64,000 nucleotides of DNA from Candidatus Marinacidobacterium sp. (GCA_965220965.1 OZ244852.1:320001-384000), one strand, 5' to 3'; positions 10,033-20,415 are shown, counted from the first letter of the stretch. A program made the numbers and translations. The notes: a model not told the origin generated them from the letters alone.

Positions 10033-10992
10033 TCAGTGCGGCCCCTCCCGGACAGCGCGTCGCCCCAGAGTGCGTCGCCTCAGGAGCCGGCACAGCTCGC
10101 AGGGCTCGCTGCGGGCGTGCCGGGGACACCCGTCGACGATCCCCAGGCGGCTCAGCGCGAAGTCGTACTTCGTCGGGTCCTCCGGATCGAGCCGGGCGAG
10201 GGCCCGGGTCAGATCCAGCGCCGCCCGCCAGCCGGGAGTCCGGCGCCGGGTCAGCCGGAGGCGGCGCGCGATCCGGAACATGTGGGTGTCCAGCGGGATG
10301 ACCAGGTCCCGCGGATGGAGCGCGCTCCATAGACCCAGATCCAGGCCGTCGCCTGACCGGACCATCCAGCGGAGGAACATCGCCGGCCGCTTGACGGCCG
10401 AGGTCTCCGGACTCGGAAAGAAGTAACGGATCCCGGGCCGGGAACGACCCGCGCCCGTCGGTCGCCCGCCCCGAGGGGCCAGCGACAGCGCCGCGGCCCG
10501 GAAGTTCCCGAGACTCGCGGCGAGGTCGGCCCGGCGCGGGCCAGGCTTGCGGCGCTCCGGGGAGGGGATCCACTCGATCCCGGAGGCGAAGAGCGCCTCG
10601 ATGGAGCCGTGCGCCTCCAGAACGCGCCGCAGGACGAGGCCGAGCTCCACCAGATCGTCGGCGCTCGTCCAGCGGTGACGGAAACCGCCGAGGCGGGACC
10701 GGGCCCGGCCGGTGGTGAGGTCGAGCAGGAACCGGGCCGGGCGCGGGCCGGTCCAGGCGAAGACCGCTTCCAGCGAGGCGCAGACGGCGCGGGCGTTCCC
10801 GAAGGACAGCGCCGCCGAAAGGAACGCCGCCACTTCCTGGTCCTCCGGGCGGGAGAACCGCCGGGGGAACTGGAGTGGGTCCGAACTCAGCGAGTCGGCG
10901 CCGTGGCGGCGATGAACCGCCTCGATGGCCTCCTTCCAGCCGCGAGGCGGTCTCGGGGGCGAGTCATGGCGCAGCGAAGGGCGCCTCACCAT
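10033..10992 (-). CDS. TIGR02757-type (DUF2400) conserved protein
   Basis: DPLQFPRRF, SAVKRPAMFLRWMVR, DLGLW, LVIPLDTH, DPEDPTKYDFAL; start approximate. Confidence 0.85.
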   Translation of the reverse strand: MVRRPSLRHDSPPRPPRGWKEAIEAVHRRHGADSLSSDPLQFPRRFSRPEDQEVAAFLSAALSFGNARAVCASLEAVFAWTGPRPARFLLDLTTGRARSRLGGFRHRWTSADDLVELGLVLRRVLEAHGSIEALFASGIEWIPSPERRKPGPRRADLAASLGNFRAAALSLAPRGGRPTGAGRSRPGIRYFFPSPETSAVKRPAMFLRWMVRSGDGLDLGLWSALHPRDLVIPLDTHMFRIARRLRLTRRRTPGWRAALDLTRALARLDPEDPTKYDFALSRLGIVDGCPRHARSEPCELCRLLRRRTLGRRAVREGPH

Positions 10993-11071
10993 CCGAGGGG
11001 ATGAACCGGCGCCCTGTTCGGCCGGCGGCGCCTGCCGGTCCGGCTCCGATTCCTCGCCCGCACCGCCTGGC

Positions 11072-12355
11072 TCAACCGGAAAAGACCCGCCGGCCTCCAA
11101 CCCAGGTGGAGACCACGCGGCCGACCAGCTCCCAGCCAGCGAAAGGGGTGTTGCGTCCCAGGCTCCGGAATGCCTTCGGCTGGACAGTGACCGCGCCCTC
11201 CGGGTCGAGCAGGACCAGGTCGGCGGGACTCCCGGGGCTGAGCGTTCCGCCGGGAACGCCCAGGATCTTTCGGGGTCCGACGGCGAGCAGCTCGACGGCG
11301 CGGGAGAGCGGGATCGCGCCGCTGCGCACCAGCCGGTCGAGGACCAGCGGGACCGCGGTCTCGAGGCCGACGATGCCGAACGGAGCGCTCTGGAAGCACA
11401 GGCGCTTTTCGTCTTCGTGATGGGGGGCGTGGTCGGTGGCGATGGCGTCCACCGTCCCGTCGGCGACGGCCTCGACGAGCGCGGCCCGATCCTCCTCGCT
11501 CGCGAGGGGCGGTTTCATCTTGGCCGCCGGGTCGCACTCCGAGGCGGCGGCCTCGGTGAGCGTCAGGTGGTGCGGCGTGACCTCCGCCGTGACCCGGAGC
11601 CCGTCGGCCTTCGCCCTCCGGACCGCCGCCGCCGCCTGCCGGGTCGAGAGATGGGCGATGTGGAGCCGGGACCGGGCCAGGTCGGCGAGCGCGATGTTGC
11701 GCTCCACCGCGATGTACTCCGACGCCGGCGGAATTCCGGGGAGGCCGATCTCCGTCGCCAGCCCGCCCTCGCGCATGACGCCGTCGGCGGTGAGTTCGAG
11801 CGTCTCGCAGTGCTCGATCACCGGGAGATCGAAGAGGCGGGCGTACTCGAGCGCCTTCCGCATGACCGCCGGATCGGAAACCGGGAGGCCGTCGTCGGAG
11901 ACGGCGACCGCGCCGGCGCGCTTCAGCGCGCCGAACTCCGAGATCCGCTCGCCGCTCATGCCCCGGGTGGTCGCCCCGATCGGATAGACGCGCGCGAAGC
12001 CGGCGTCGCGGCCCAGTTGGCGGATATGCGCCGTGACCGAAGCGGTGTCGTTCACCGGATCGGTGTTCGCCATGCAGGCCACCGCGGTGAACCCGCCGGC
12101 GACCGCCGCCGCCGAGCCGGTGGCCACCGTCTCCTTGTATTCCTGCCCCGGCTCGCGCAGGTGGACGTGCATGTCGAAGAACCCCGGGGCCGCCACCAGA
12201 CCGCCCGCATCCACGCGGACATCGCCCGGCTCGCCGGCTTCGGGTCCTACCGCGACAACCTGCCCGCCGGCGAGGCGGAGACCCGTGATCTCGTCGCGTC
12301 CCGCCGCCGGATCCACAACCCGGGCGCCCCGGATCCAGACGGGCGCCTCAGCCAC
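11072..12355 (-). CDS. pyrC: Dihydroorotase
   Basis: DMHVHLREPG, EVTPHHL, KMKPPL, ATDHAPH. Confidence 0.96.
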   Translation of the reverse strand: MAEAPVWIRGARVVDPAAGRDEITGLRLAGGQVVAVGPEAGEPGDVRVDAGGLVAAPGFFDMHVHLREPGQEYKETVATGSAAAVAGGFTAVACMANTDPVNDTASVTAHIRQLGRDAGFARVYPIGATTRGMSGERISEFGALKRAGAVAVSDDGLPVSDPAVMRKALEYARLFDLPVIEHCETLELTADGVMREGGLATEIGLPGIPPASEYIAVERNIALADLARSRLHIAHLSTRQAAAAVRRAKADGLRVTAEVTPHHLTLTEAAASECDPAAKMKPPLASEEDRAALVEAVADGTVDAIATDHAPHHEDEKRLCFQSAPFGIVGLETAVPLVLDRLVRSGAIPLSRAVELLAVGPRKILGVPGGTLSPGSPADLVLLDPEGAVTVQPKAFRSLGRNTPFAGWELVGRVVSTWVGGRRVFSG

Positions 12356-13277
12356 CGGTTCCCCTCCCGACCTGACCGCGCGCGATCTCGGCCAGCACCG
12401 CCATCCGCACCGCGACCCCGTTCTTGACCTGGTCCAGGATCACCGAGGCGTCGCCGTCGGCGACTCCGGACGAGATCTCCACCCCCCGGTTGAGGGGTCC
12501 GGGATGGAGCACGATCGCGCCGTTGGTCCGCGAGAGCCGTTCCCCGGTGAGCGCGAACTGCTCGAAGTACTCCCGTTCCGAGGGAATGAAGGAGGCGTGC
12601 ATCCGCTCGTTCTGGACCCGAAGCACCATGACCGCGTCCGCTCCCTCGAGAGCTTCCTCGACCCTGAGGAAAGGGCGCGCGCCGAGCCGCTCCAGGCCAC
12701 GGGGCATCAGCGTGGGTGGACCCGAACAGCGGACTTCCGCGCCCAGCATCGAGAGCAGTCGGGCGTTCGAGCGGAACACCCGGCTGTGGAGCAGATCGCC
12801 GATGATGGCCACCCGGAGGCGCTCGAAGGGGCCGCGGTGTTCCCGGATGGTGAAGGCGTCGAGGAGCGCCTGCGTCGGGTGCTCCGCCGTGCCGTCGCCG
12901 GCGTTCACGATCGAAGCGCCGGGGAGCTCGCGGGCGAGCGCCGCGGGCGCTCCGGTCTCCGGACTGCGCACCACGAGGATGTCGGGCGCCAGCGAAGTCA
13001 GCGTCTTCGCGGTGTCGAGGAAGGTCTCCCCCTTCCGGAGCGAGGAAGATCGGGGGGCGAACGAGAGGGTGTCGGCGGAGAGCCGCTTGGCCGCGAGCTG
13101 GAACGACGCCTGGGTCCGGGTCGACGGCTCGAGGAAGAGCAGCGTCACCGTGCGGCCCACCAGAATGGGGACCCGGGGCACGGGCTGGTCGGCCACGTCC
13201 CGGAACCGCGGCGCCTCGTCGAGGAGGGCGAGCGCTTCGTCGCGAGTCAGGCCGCGGATGCCGAGCAGGTGCCTCAC
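12348..13277 (-). CDS. pyrB: Aspartate carbamoyltransferase catalytic subunit
   Basis: FLEPSTRT, NAGDGTAEHPTQ, HPGPLNRGVEI. Confidence 0.97.
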   Translation of the reverse strand: MRHLLGIRGLTRDEALALLDEAPRFRDVADQPVPRVPILVGRTVTLLFLEPSTRTQASFQLAAKRLSADTLSFAPRSSSLRKGETFLDTAKTLTSLAPDILVVRSPETGAPAALARELPGASIVNAGDGTAEHPTQALLDAFTIREHRGPFERLRVAIIGDLLHSRVFRSNARLLSMLGAEVRCSGPPTLMPRGLERLGARPFLRVEEALEGADAVMVLRVQNERMHASFIPSEREYFEQFALTGERLSRTNGAIVLHPGPLNRGVEISSGVADGDASVILDQVKNGVAVRMAVLAEIARGQVGRGTGG

Positions 13278-13822
13278 GCCGACACTCCGCCGCCCGGGAC
13301 GGTGAAGACGCCGTCCTCCCCGTCCGCTTCCTGCAGCCGGACCCGCACCATCTCGTCCGGCCGGGCCGAGACCTCGAGGCCGACGAAGTCGGGAGCGATC
13401 GGGAGTTCGCGTCCCCCCCGATCCACCATGACGGCGAGCAGCACGCTGCGGGGCCGGCCGAAGTGGCTCAGTGCGGTGAGGGCGGCCCGGACGGTCCGCC
13501 CGGTGAACAGGACGTCATCCACCAGCAGCACGTGGCGCCTTTCCAGCGAAAAGGGAATCCGGGTCTCCCCGACGCGGGGGATGCCGCGGTCGTGAACATC
13601 GTCGCGGTAGAGGTTGATGTCCAGTTCGCCGGAGGGGATTTCCCCGCGGTCGGCGCGGGCCAGCCGGCGAAGGAGACGCGCCGCCAGCGGGACGCCCCGG
13701 CGGCGGATTCCCAGGACGGCGAGCGGCGCGGGCGCCGCGCCGGCGACCCGGTCGCCGAGTTCCCGAAGCGCCGACCGGAACGCCTCTCCCCCGAGAACGG
13801 TGCGTGCGGCGCCGCCGGTCAT
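13274..13822 (-). CDS. pyrR: Pyrimidine regulatory protein / uracil phosphoribosyltransferase
   Basis: LDINLYRDD, LVDDVLFTGRTVRAAL, DRGGRELPI; heads pyrB-pyrC. Confidence 0.95.
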   Translation of the reverse strand: MTGGAARTVLGGEAFRSALRELGDRVAGAAPAPLAVLGIRRRGVPLAARLLRRLARADRGEIPSGELDINLYRDDVHDRGIPRVGETRIPFSLERRHVLLVDDVLFTGRTVRAALTALSHFGRPRSVLLAVMVDRGGRELPIAPDFVGLEVSARPDEMVRVRLQEADGEDGVFTVPGGGVSA

Positions 13823-13932
13823 GAGTCTGGGACGGGAATCGGGTTCGAGGGCGCGCGTCGCGTCCGTCCCCGACCCGGGTGTCGCGCCATTCCCGCGGCC
13901 GCGAATCCTATGTCACCCCGCCGGAGGGTCCC

Positions 13933-14937
13933 TCAGGGGAAACCCTGCGCCCGGCGCAGCTCCTCGACCGTCCCGGCGAGGTCGGCGGGCGGCGGGCGCT
14001 GGAAATGAAGCCGCTCGCCGGTGTGCGGGTGGCGGAAGGCGATCTCGGCGGCGTGCAGGGCGGGGCGGGTGAGACGGCGCAGCGCCGCGCCCGCCACGCC
14101 GCCGCCCCGCCGGGGCGCAGCGGGTCCATAGAGGGCGTCCCCGGCGAGGGGATGGCCGATCCCGGCGAGATGGACGCGCGCCTGGTGCGTCCGCCCGGTG
14201 TGGAGCCGGATGCGGACGAGGGTCACGAGCGGCAGCTCCTCGAGCGGCCAGACTTCGGACTCGGCGTCCCTCGCGTTCTGGCCCCGGCAGCGGTAGCGCT
14301 GCGGCTGTTTCGGGTCCCGTCCGATGGGGTCCCGGAGCACGCGCGCCCGCGCCACGCGTCCAAGGGCCAGCGCGAGGTAGCGCTTCTCGATCTCCCGGCG
14401 CGCGAACGCCTCGGCGAGGCGGAGCCGGACATGCTCCTGGCGGGCCGCGATCAGCAGCCCGCTGGTCCCCCGGTCGAGGCGATGAACCAGCCCGGGGCGG
14501 CCGGGGGGGCCGACGGAGCGGACCTCCGGATACCGGTGGAGAAGTCCGTTCGCCAGGGTTCCGGACGGGTGGCCCGGGCCCGGATGGACGACGAGCCCCG
14601 CCGGCTTGTCGAGCACGACCAGGCCGTCATCCTCGTAGACAACGTCGAGGGGAATCGACTCGGGGGCGATCGCCTGATCCTCGGTCGGAACGCGATCCAG
14701 GGGCGTCTCCGCATCCGTGACCGGACTGATCCGAACGCGCTGTCCGGCGCGGCAGCGGTGGGAGGAACGGCGCGGCTCACCGTCCAGCCGGACCAGACCG
14801 GCCGCGATCCACCGGGCCGCCTCGGTGCGGCTCAGTCGGGGGAGGCGCGCCGCGGCGATGCGATCCAGGCGCTCGCCGTCCTCCTCGGGCGAAACCGCCG
14901 ACTCGAGAACGGTTCCGGAAGTGGCGGCTTTCTCCAG
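13933..14937 (-). CDS. rluD: RluD-family 23S rRNA pseudouridine synthase with N-terminal S4 domain
   Basis: VHRLDRGTSG and TGRTHQ; the frame extends upstream of GTG 14616 through GERLDRIAAARLPRLSRTEAARWI to CTG 14937. Confidence 0.9.
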   Translation of the reverse strand: MEKAATSGTVLESAVSPEEDGERLDRIAAARLPRLSRTEAARWIAAGLVRLDGEPRRSSHRCRAGQRVRISPVTDAETPLDRVPTEDQAIAPESIPLDVVYEDDGLVVLDKPAGLVVHPGPGHPSGTLANGLLHRYPEVRSVGPPGRPGLVHRLDRGTSGLLIAARQEHVRLRLAEAFARREIEKRYLALALGRVARARVLRDPIGRDPKQPQRYRCRGQNARDAESEVWPLEELPLVTLVRIRLHTGRTHQARVHLAGIGHPLAGDALYGPAAPRRGGGVAGAALRRLTRPALHAAEIAFRHPHTGERLHFQRPPPADLAGTVEELRRAQGFP

Positions 14938-14938
14938 A

Positions 14939-15730
14939 TCAGACCGTGCGGGTGCGGACGGCGCGAAGCGCGATGAGCGCGGCGAGGAGGATCCAGAGGC
15001 CGGCGAACTGGGATGTGGACAGGAGCCCGTCCAGGACGAAACCGCGAGGGTCGCCGCGCAGGAACTCGACGCCGAAGCGAGCCACTGAATACACGATCGC
15101 CCAGGTGAGGAATAGCTGCCCCTCGAAGCGCCGGCGCGCGGCCATCCAGAGCAGGAGTCCGAAGAGCGCGAACTCGATCCCGGCCTCGTAGAGCTGGGTG
15201 GGGTGGAGCGGAGTGTGGAGCGGGACCCCGGTGACCTGGTTCGCGTACGGGTCGGTGAAGGTGACGGCCGGGAGGCCGTCAGACGGGATCCCGTAACAGC
15301 AGCCGGCGGCGAAGCACCCGAGTCTTCCGATCCCGTGACCCAGCGCGATCGAGGGGGCCATCAGGTCGCCGCCGGTCCAGACCGGGATCCCGCGGGAGCG
15401 GAAGAACCAGATGGAAGCGCCCACGGCGCCCAGCAGGCCGCCGAAGAAGACGCCTCCGGCCCCCAGGAAGCCGAGCGGGTTCCGGAAGAAACCGACCGGA
15501 TCCAGAACGATCAGCAGCGCCTTGGCGCCCACCAGCGCGCCCACGATCAGATAGAGCGCGAGGTCGTAGATGTGCCGGGCCTCGATCCCGTAGCGCCCGG
15601 ACCGACGGGCGGCGAACCAGATTCCGGCGAGGAACCCCGCGAACATGAGGAGCCCGTAGGTGTGCAGGGCGGGGTGGAACGTCCGCCCGAAGAGCTCGAG
15701 CGGTCCGAAATCGACGAGGCGCGGGAACAC
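14939..15730 (-). CDS. lgt: Prolipoprotein diacylglyceryl transferase
   Basis: IGRLGCFAAGCCYG, HPTQLYE, RFGVEFLRGD. Confidence 0.95.
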   Translation of the reverse strand: MFPRLVDFGPLELFGRTFHPALHTYGLLMFAGFLAGIWFAARRSGRYGIEARHIYDLALYLIVGALVGAKALLIVLDPVGFFRNPLGFLGAGGVFFGGLLGAVGASIWFFRSRGIPVWTGGDLMAPSIALGHGIGRLGCFAAGCCYGIPSDGLPAVTFTDPYANQVTGVPLHTPLHPTQLYEAGIEFALFGLLLWMAARRRFEGQLFLTWAIVYSVARFGVEFLRGDPRGFVLDGLLSTSQFAGLWILLAALIALRAVRTRTV

Positions 15731-15743
15731 GGGACTCTCCCCC

Positions 15744-16286
15744 TCAGGAGCCGGCGGCGCGACGGGCGGTTTCGGGCCCGGGTTCGGTCGGGATGCGACG
15801 GAACTCCGCGACGCTCTCGATCACGAGCAGGCCGACGCCGGCGCAGATCGCGGCGTCCGCCACGTTGAACACCGGCCAGTGCGCGTCGCCGATGAACACA
15901 TCGAAGAAGTCCACGACGTAGCCGTAGGAGACCCGGTCCCACATGTTGCCGAGCGCGCCGGCGAGCATCAGGACGATACCCCCTGCGGTCCAGCGGGTCA
16001 GGGGCCCCGAACGCACCGCGAACCACACGATCAGCGCCAGCAGCAGCGCGGAAAACCCGGTCAGCACCCACGCCTTGGAGGCGAACTGGATCCCGTCCAG
16101 CATCCCGAAGGCCATTCCGGTGTTGTGAACCAGCGTGAGCTGGAAGAACCCGGGAACGACCTCGACCGGCGCCCCGAAGCTCAGCGAGTTCGCCGCGAGC
16201 GCCTTGGAGGCGCGGTCAGCGCCCAGCACCCCGAGGAACACGAGCGTCAGGGCCACCCGCCGGGTGGTGCGGGAGGAAGCAGACAA
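15744..16286 (-). CDS. lspA: Lipoprotein signal peptidase II
   Basis: HNTGMAFG, GALGNMWDR, VVDFF, WPVFNVAD; TTG 16286 chosen as start. Confidence 0.95.
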   Translation of the reverse strand: MSASSRTTRRVALTLVFLGVLGADRASKALAANSLSFGAPVEVVPGFFQLTLVHNTGMAFGMLDGIQFASKAWVLTGFSALLLALIVWFAVRSGPLTRWTAGGIVLMLAGALGNMWDRVSYGYVVDFFDVFIGDAHWPVFNVADAAICAGVGLLVIESVAEFRRIPTEPGPETARRAAGS

Positions 16287-16383
16287 CGGAAACGATTCTA
16301 GCCAACGAGCGAAACCTGGTCCCGGGCCGGAGAAGTCGCCTCCGGCTTCCGTACACTCTCCCGCCGCCTTCCCGGGCCCCGCC

Positions 16384-17205
16384 ATGGATTTCACGATTCG
16401 CGACCTCTCGGGCATGGAGGACATGCGGGAGTGCGAAGCTGTCCAGAAGGAAGTCTGGGGCTTCGTGAACCTCGACGTCGTTCCGGCCGGGCTCATGGCG
16501 GTCATGGGCCACTACGGCGCCGTGAACGCCGGCGCCTTCGTCGGGGACCGCATGGCGGGGTTCGTGAGCGGCTTTCCCGGCTATGGGAACGGCGAGGCGT
16601 TCCACCATTCCCACATGCTGGCGGTTCGTCCGGAATATCGCGGCGCGGGGATCGGAATCGCCCTGAAATGGGCCCAGGCGGACCGGGTTCTGGCTCAGGG
16701 CATGCGCCGGATCAACTGGACCTTCGATCCGCTTCAGGCGCGGAACGCGAACCTGAACCTGAACCTCCTCGGCGCGACCTCTTCGGTCTACCGCATCAAC
16801 GTCTACGGCGAGAGCCAGAGCCCCCTGCACGGCGGCATTCCCACCGACCGGCTCGAGCCCGAATGGCGCCTCGACTCGCCCCGGGTGGCGCGCGCCCGCC
16901 GGGGCGAGCTCGCGCCTCCGCCGGGGATCCCCGACCTGCCGCCGGTGAACCGGATCTCCCGCACCCGGACCGGTCTTCAGCGGAGCAGCGACCCGCTGGA
17001 TCCCGACGCGGCCGGGTCCGGCGATCTCCTGTTCTTCGCGCCGGCGTCCATCAATGACATCCTGGCGAAGGACATCGGCCTCGCGATGGACTGGCGGGAA
17101 AAGAGCCGCTCGGCGCTGACGGCGCTGTTCGCCGCCGGCTACCAGGCGGTCTCATTCCATCGCGAGGGAACGCGCGCCGCTTACCGCCTCGTCCGGACCG
17201 ACTGA
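16384..17205 (+). CDS. GNAT acyltransferase, COG3375 type (D-amino acid N-succinyltransferase-like)
   Basis: HSHMLAVRPEYRGAGIG, WTFDPLQARNANLN, NVYG..S.LHGGIPTDRL. Confidence 0.85.
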   Translation: MDFTIRDLSGMEDMRECEAVQKEVWGFVNLDVVPAGLMAVMGHYGAVNAGAFVGDRMAGFVSGFPGYGNGEAFHHSHMLAVRPEYRGAGIGIALKWAQADRVLAQGMRRINWTFDPLQARNANLNLNLLGATSSVYRINVYGESQSPLHGGIPTDRLEPEWRLDSPRVARARRGELAPPPGIPDLPPVNRISRTRTGLQRSSDPLDPDAAGSGDLLFFAPASINDILAKDIGLAMDWREKSRSALTALFAAGYQAVSFHREGTRAAYRLVRTD

Positions 17206-18003
17206 GGCAACTTCCTCGCTGGCGGCCGAAGCCGGCTGCGTCCAGCGGGGACGGCGCTTTTCGAGGAACGCGCGCATCCCCTCCCGGGCGTCCGGTTCGA
17301 CAGCGTTCGCGCACATCACCGAGGCCATCGCGCGGTAAGCGTCGCCCAGCGGCAGCTCGAACTGGCGGTGGAAGGCGCGCTTTCCGAGGGCGACCACGAA
17401 CGGGCTCGCTTCCGCGATCCGCCCGGCGAAGCCCTGGCACGCTTCCTCGAGCTGGTCCTCGGGAACGACCCGGTTCACGAGGCCCCAGGCGAGCGCGGTG
17501 GGGGCGTCCACAAACTCTCCCGTGAGCAGCATTTCCATCGACCGCTTTCGACCGATCGTCCGGCTGAGCGGGACCATCGGCGTCGAGCAGAAGAGCCCGA
17601 TCCGCACGCCGGGCGTCGCGAAGCGGGCGGTCTCCGACGCCACCGCCAGGTCGCAGGCCGCCACCAGTTGACAGCCGGCGGCGGTGGCGACGCCGCGGAC
17701 CTCGGCGATCACCGGTTGCGGGATCTCCCGCAGGGTGTCCATGAGCCGGTGGCAGGTCTCGAAAACGCGGCGCTGCTCTTCAAGGGGAGCGTCCGCCATC
17801 TCCGCCAGGTCGTGACCAGCGGAAAACACCCTCTCGCCGCCGGCGAGGATCACGGCGCGCACTCCCTCCCTCGCGGAGGCGCTCTCCAGCGCCTCCGAGA
17901 GGCGCTCCATCATCGCGGTCGAGAGCGCGTTGCGCTTCTCGGGCCACGCCATCTCGACGCGCGCCGCCGGCCCCTGGACGGCGATGCGGACGGCCTCAGG
18001 CAT
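17152..18003 (-). CDS. Enoyl-CoA hydratase/isomerase family protein
   Basis: FSAGHDL, ATAAGCQLVAACDL, FATPGVRIGLFCSTP. Confidence 0.92.
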   Translation of the reverse strand: MPEAVRIAVQGPAARVEMAWPEKRNALSTAMMERLSEALESASAREGVRAVILAGGERVFSAGHDLAEMADAPLEEQRRVFETCHRLMDTLREIPQPVIAEVRGVATAAGCQLVAACDLAVASETARFATPGVRIGLFCSTPMVPLSRTIGRKRSMEMLLTGEFVDAPTALAWGLVNRVVPEDQLEEACQGFAGRIAEASPFVVALGKRAFHRQFELPLGDAYRAMASVMCANAVEPDAREGMRAFLEKRRPRWTQPASAASEEVASVGPDEAVSGARSLAME

Positions 18004-19477
18004 CCTGGCTGCGCCCGGCCGGCTCGAGGAACGGCGCGACGCGCTCCGGGTCCGGGCGCTGAGTCAGGAGGCTTCCCGCGATCAGGCCCACCAGCGACGC
18101 GACCGCGGCCGGGTAGATCACGTAGTCGTAGTCCGTGGGAAGAAACCCGACCCGGTCCACCCCGGCGGAGTTCAGCGCGGCGAAGACGAGGGTGGCCCCG
18201 ATCCCCGCCGAGACCGACAGGACGCCTCCCGCCGGCGTCGCCCGGCGCCAGAGGAAGGCGGCGAGCAGGGCGGGGGTGACCGCGGCGCCGACCATGGTGT
18301 AGGCATAGAGCGCCATGTCCAGGATGCTCTCGAACCAGGTCGTGATGACCAGGGCCAGACCCGCGAGGCCGACCATGGAAAGGCGCTGGAAGCGGATCAC
18401 CTGGCTGGAGTCCGCCTGCGGGCGCACGAAGCGCTGGTAGACGTCGCGCGCCAGCCCGGTGGAGGGCACGAGCAGGAAGGTGGTGGCCGTCGAGAAGATG
18501 ATCGCGACCGCCCCGGCGAGCAGCAGGCATCCGGCGAGCGTCGGCAGTCCGTGGCGCGCGAATTCCAGCAGCACCGTCTCGGTGGCCGCCGTCTGGAACT
18601 CGCCTCCGGAGCGGAACACCGGGTTGTCCCAGTTGCCGGCGGCCGCGAACACCGCGGTGGCGACGATCAGGACCTCGACCACGATGACCCCCGCGATCAT
18701 TCCCAGGACCGCCTTTCGCGCCGCGGCGCCCGATTCCGCCGCGTAGAACTTCTGGTACATGCCGCTCTCTCCAAGGAGGAGCAGCATCGTCGGCAGGAAG
18801 AGGCCGAGGGCGGCCGAGATTCCCAGCCTGCCGGTGAGCGTGAAGTGGGTCTCCGGGAGGACCGCGGTCAATCCGGCGCCTCCGCCGGCGTTGAAGAAGG
18901 CGATGGGCGCGGCGACCAGAATGCTCGCGAGGATGATGACCCCGTTCACCACATCGAGGCGCACCACCGAGAGCATGCCGGCGCTGACGGCGAACAGCGT
19001 GACGAGCGCGGCGACGATCGCCATCCCGACCGCGGGATCGAGTCCGGGAAACAGGATGGCGAGCAGCCGCCCTCCGCCCACGAACTGGTAGCCGGCGATC
19101 GTGAGGTAGGCGATCGCGATGGCGGTCGTGCCGAGAACGCGCGCCGCCGGGTGGTAGCGCCGTTCCAGCAGGTCGGGGACGGTGTACTCGGCGATCCGCC
19201 GAACCCTGGCGGCGAGGAAGAAGACGACCGCGATGCCGATCCACGCGCCGGCGCTCATCCACAGCGCCGAAAAGCCCTCGCGAAATGCGCGTCCGGCGCC
19301 GCCGAACAGACTCCCGGAACCGATCCAGGTGCACACCAGGGTTCCGACCAGAATCTGCCAGCGGACCGAACGGCCCGCCACCATGAAGTCGTCCTGGGTG
19401 GCGATGCTCCGCCTTCGCCGCAGCGCGAGAAAGACGAGGAGGCCGAGATAACCCGCCACCGTGACGATGTAGATCAC
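17996..19477 (-). CDS. Sodium:solute symporter
   Basis: DDFMVAGR, TWIGSGS, TVPDLLERRY, many TM helices; GTG start overlaps the prmC stop. Confidence 0.92.
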   Translation of the reverse strand: MIYIVTVAGYLGLLVFLALRRRRSIATQDDFMVAGRSVRWQILVGTLVCTWIGSGSLFGGAGRAFREGFSALWMSAGAWIGIAVVFFLAARVRRIAEYTVPDLLERRYHPAARVLGTTAIAIAYLTIAGYQFVGGGRLLAILFPGLDPAVGMAIVAALVTLFAVSAGMLSVVRLDVVNGVIILASILVAAPIAFFNAGGGAGLTAVLPETHFTLTGRLGISAALGLFLPTMLLLLGESGMYQKFYAAESGAAARKAVLGMIAGVIVVEVLIVATAVFAAAGNWDNPVFRSGGEFQTAATETVLLEFARHGLPTLAGCLLLAGAVAIIFSTATTFLLVPSTGLARDVYQRFVRPQADSSQVIRFQRLSMVGLAGLALVITTWFESILDMALYAYTMVGAAVTPALLAAFLWRRATPAGGVLSVSAGIGATLVFAALNSAGVDRVGFLPTDYDYVIYPAAVASLVGLIAGSLLTQRPDPERVAPFLEPAGRSQDA

Positions 19478-20415
19478 GGCGTCGATGCTACCGGAGCCGC
19501 GGAGAGCACCCGCCACACGCCGGCGAGGTCCCGCCGGGCCCGGAGCCCGCCGAATCCGGCGGCGCGGAGGAGCCGGACGGCCGGCGCTCGCTGGCCGGCG
19601 CCGATTTCCACGAAGAGCCGGCCGCCGGGCCGGAGGGCGCGGGCGGCCATGGGGAGGAGGCGACGCAGGGGCTCGAGTCCGTCCCGGCCGCCGGCGAGCG
19701 CGAGGCGGGGCTCGTGATCCGCCACTTCGGGCTCGAGGGTCGCGATCTCCGCGTCGGGGATGTAAGGGAGATTCGCCGCCACCAGGTCGAGCGAAGCGGG
19801 GCGCGCCGGGGTCAACAGATCGGCGCGGACCGGCCAGACCCGCGAAGCGAGCCCGGTGGAGACCGCGTTCCTCGCCGCCAGCCGGAGCGCCGGGGCCGAG
19901 ACATCCAGCATCAGAACGCTGGCGCCGGCGATCCCCGAGGCCAGCGCGAGCGCGATCCCGCCGGCGCCGGCGCCCACGTCGGCGATGCGGCGCGGCGCGG
20001 TGGGTTCGCCCCGGGCCCATTCGATGGCGGCCTCCACCAGGATCTCGCTCTCGGGGCGCGGGATCAGGGCTGCGGGGCCCACCGCCAGATCGAGGCCGAA
20101 GAACTCCACGGACCCGACGAGATGCTGCAGGGGACGGCGCGCCGCCCGCTCCCGGACGAGCCGCCGGAACTCGCGGCGCCCGGCGGCGAAGGAGCGGGCG
20201 GCGGCCGCCGGAGTGCGTTCGCCGGCGAAGGCGGTCAGTTCGGCGGCTGACCAGCCGAGGGTGTGGCGCAGCAGGAGCCGGGCGTCGAAGCCGGGTGAGG
20301 GAACGCCGGCCTCGGTGAGCCGCCGCTCCGCGGCGCGAAGGGCTCCGGTGATCGGGTCCGGCGCGGCGGTATCGCGCGCGTCCGGCGGCCCGCCGCGGCC
20401 CTTCCCGGAGGCCAA
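19474..20415 (-). CDS. prmC: Release factor glutamine methyltransferase
   Basis: LIPRPESE, DVGAGAG, NLPY; follows prfA. Confidence 0.93.
   Translation of the reverse strand: MASGKGRGGPPDARDTAAPDPITGALRAAERRLTEAGVPSPGFDARLLLRHTLGWSAAELTAFAGERTPAAAARSFAAGRREFRRLVRERAARRPLQHLVGSVEFFGLDLAVGPAALIPRPESEILVEAAIEWARGEPTAPRRIADVGAGAGGIALALASGIAGASVLMLDVSAPALRLAARNAVSTGLASRVWPVRADLLTPARPASLDLVAANLPYIPDAEIATLEPEVADHEPRLALAGGRDGLEPLRRLLPMAARALRPGGRLFVEIGAGQRAPAVRLLRAAGFGGLRARRDLAGVWRVLSAAPVASTP

Noticed and set aside
13823-13932. PyrR attenuator
   Set aside because: No PyrR binding-loop consensus or U-tract terminator visible
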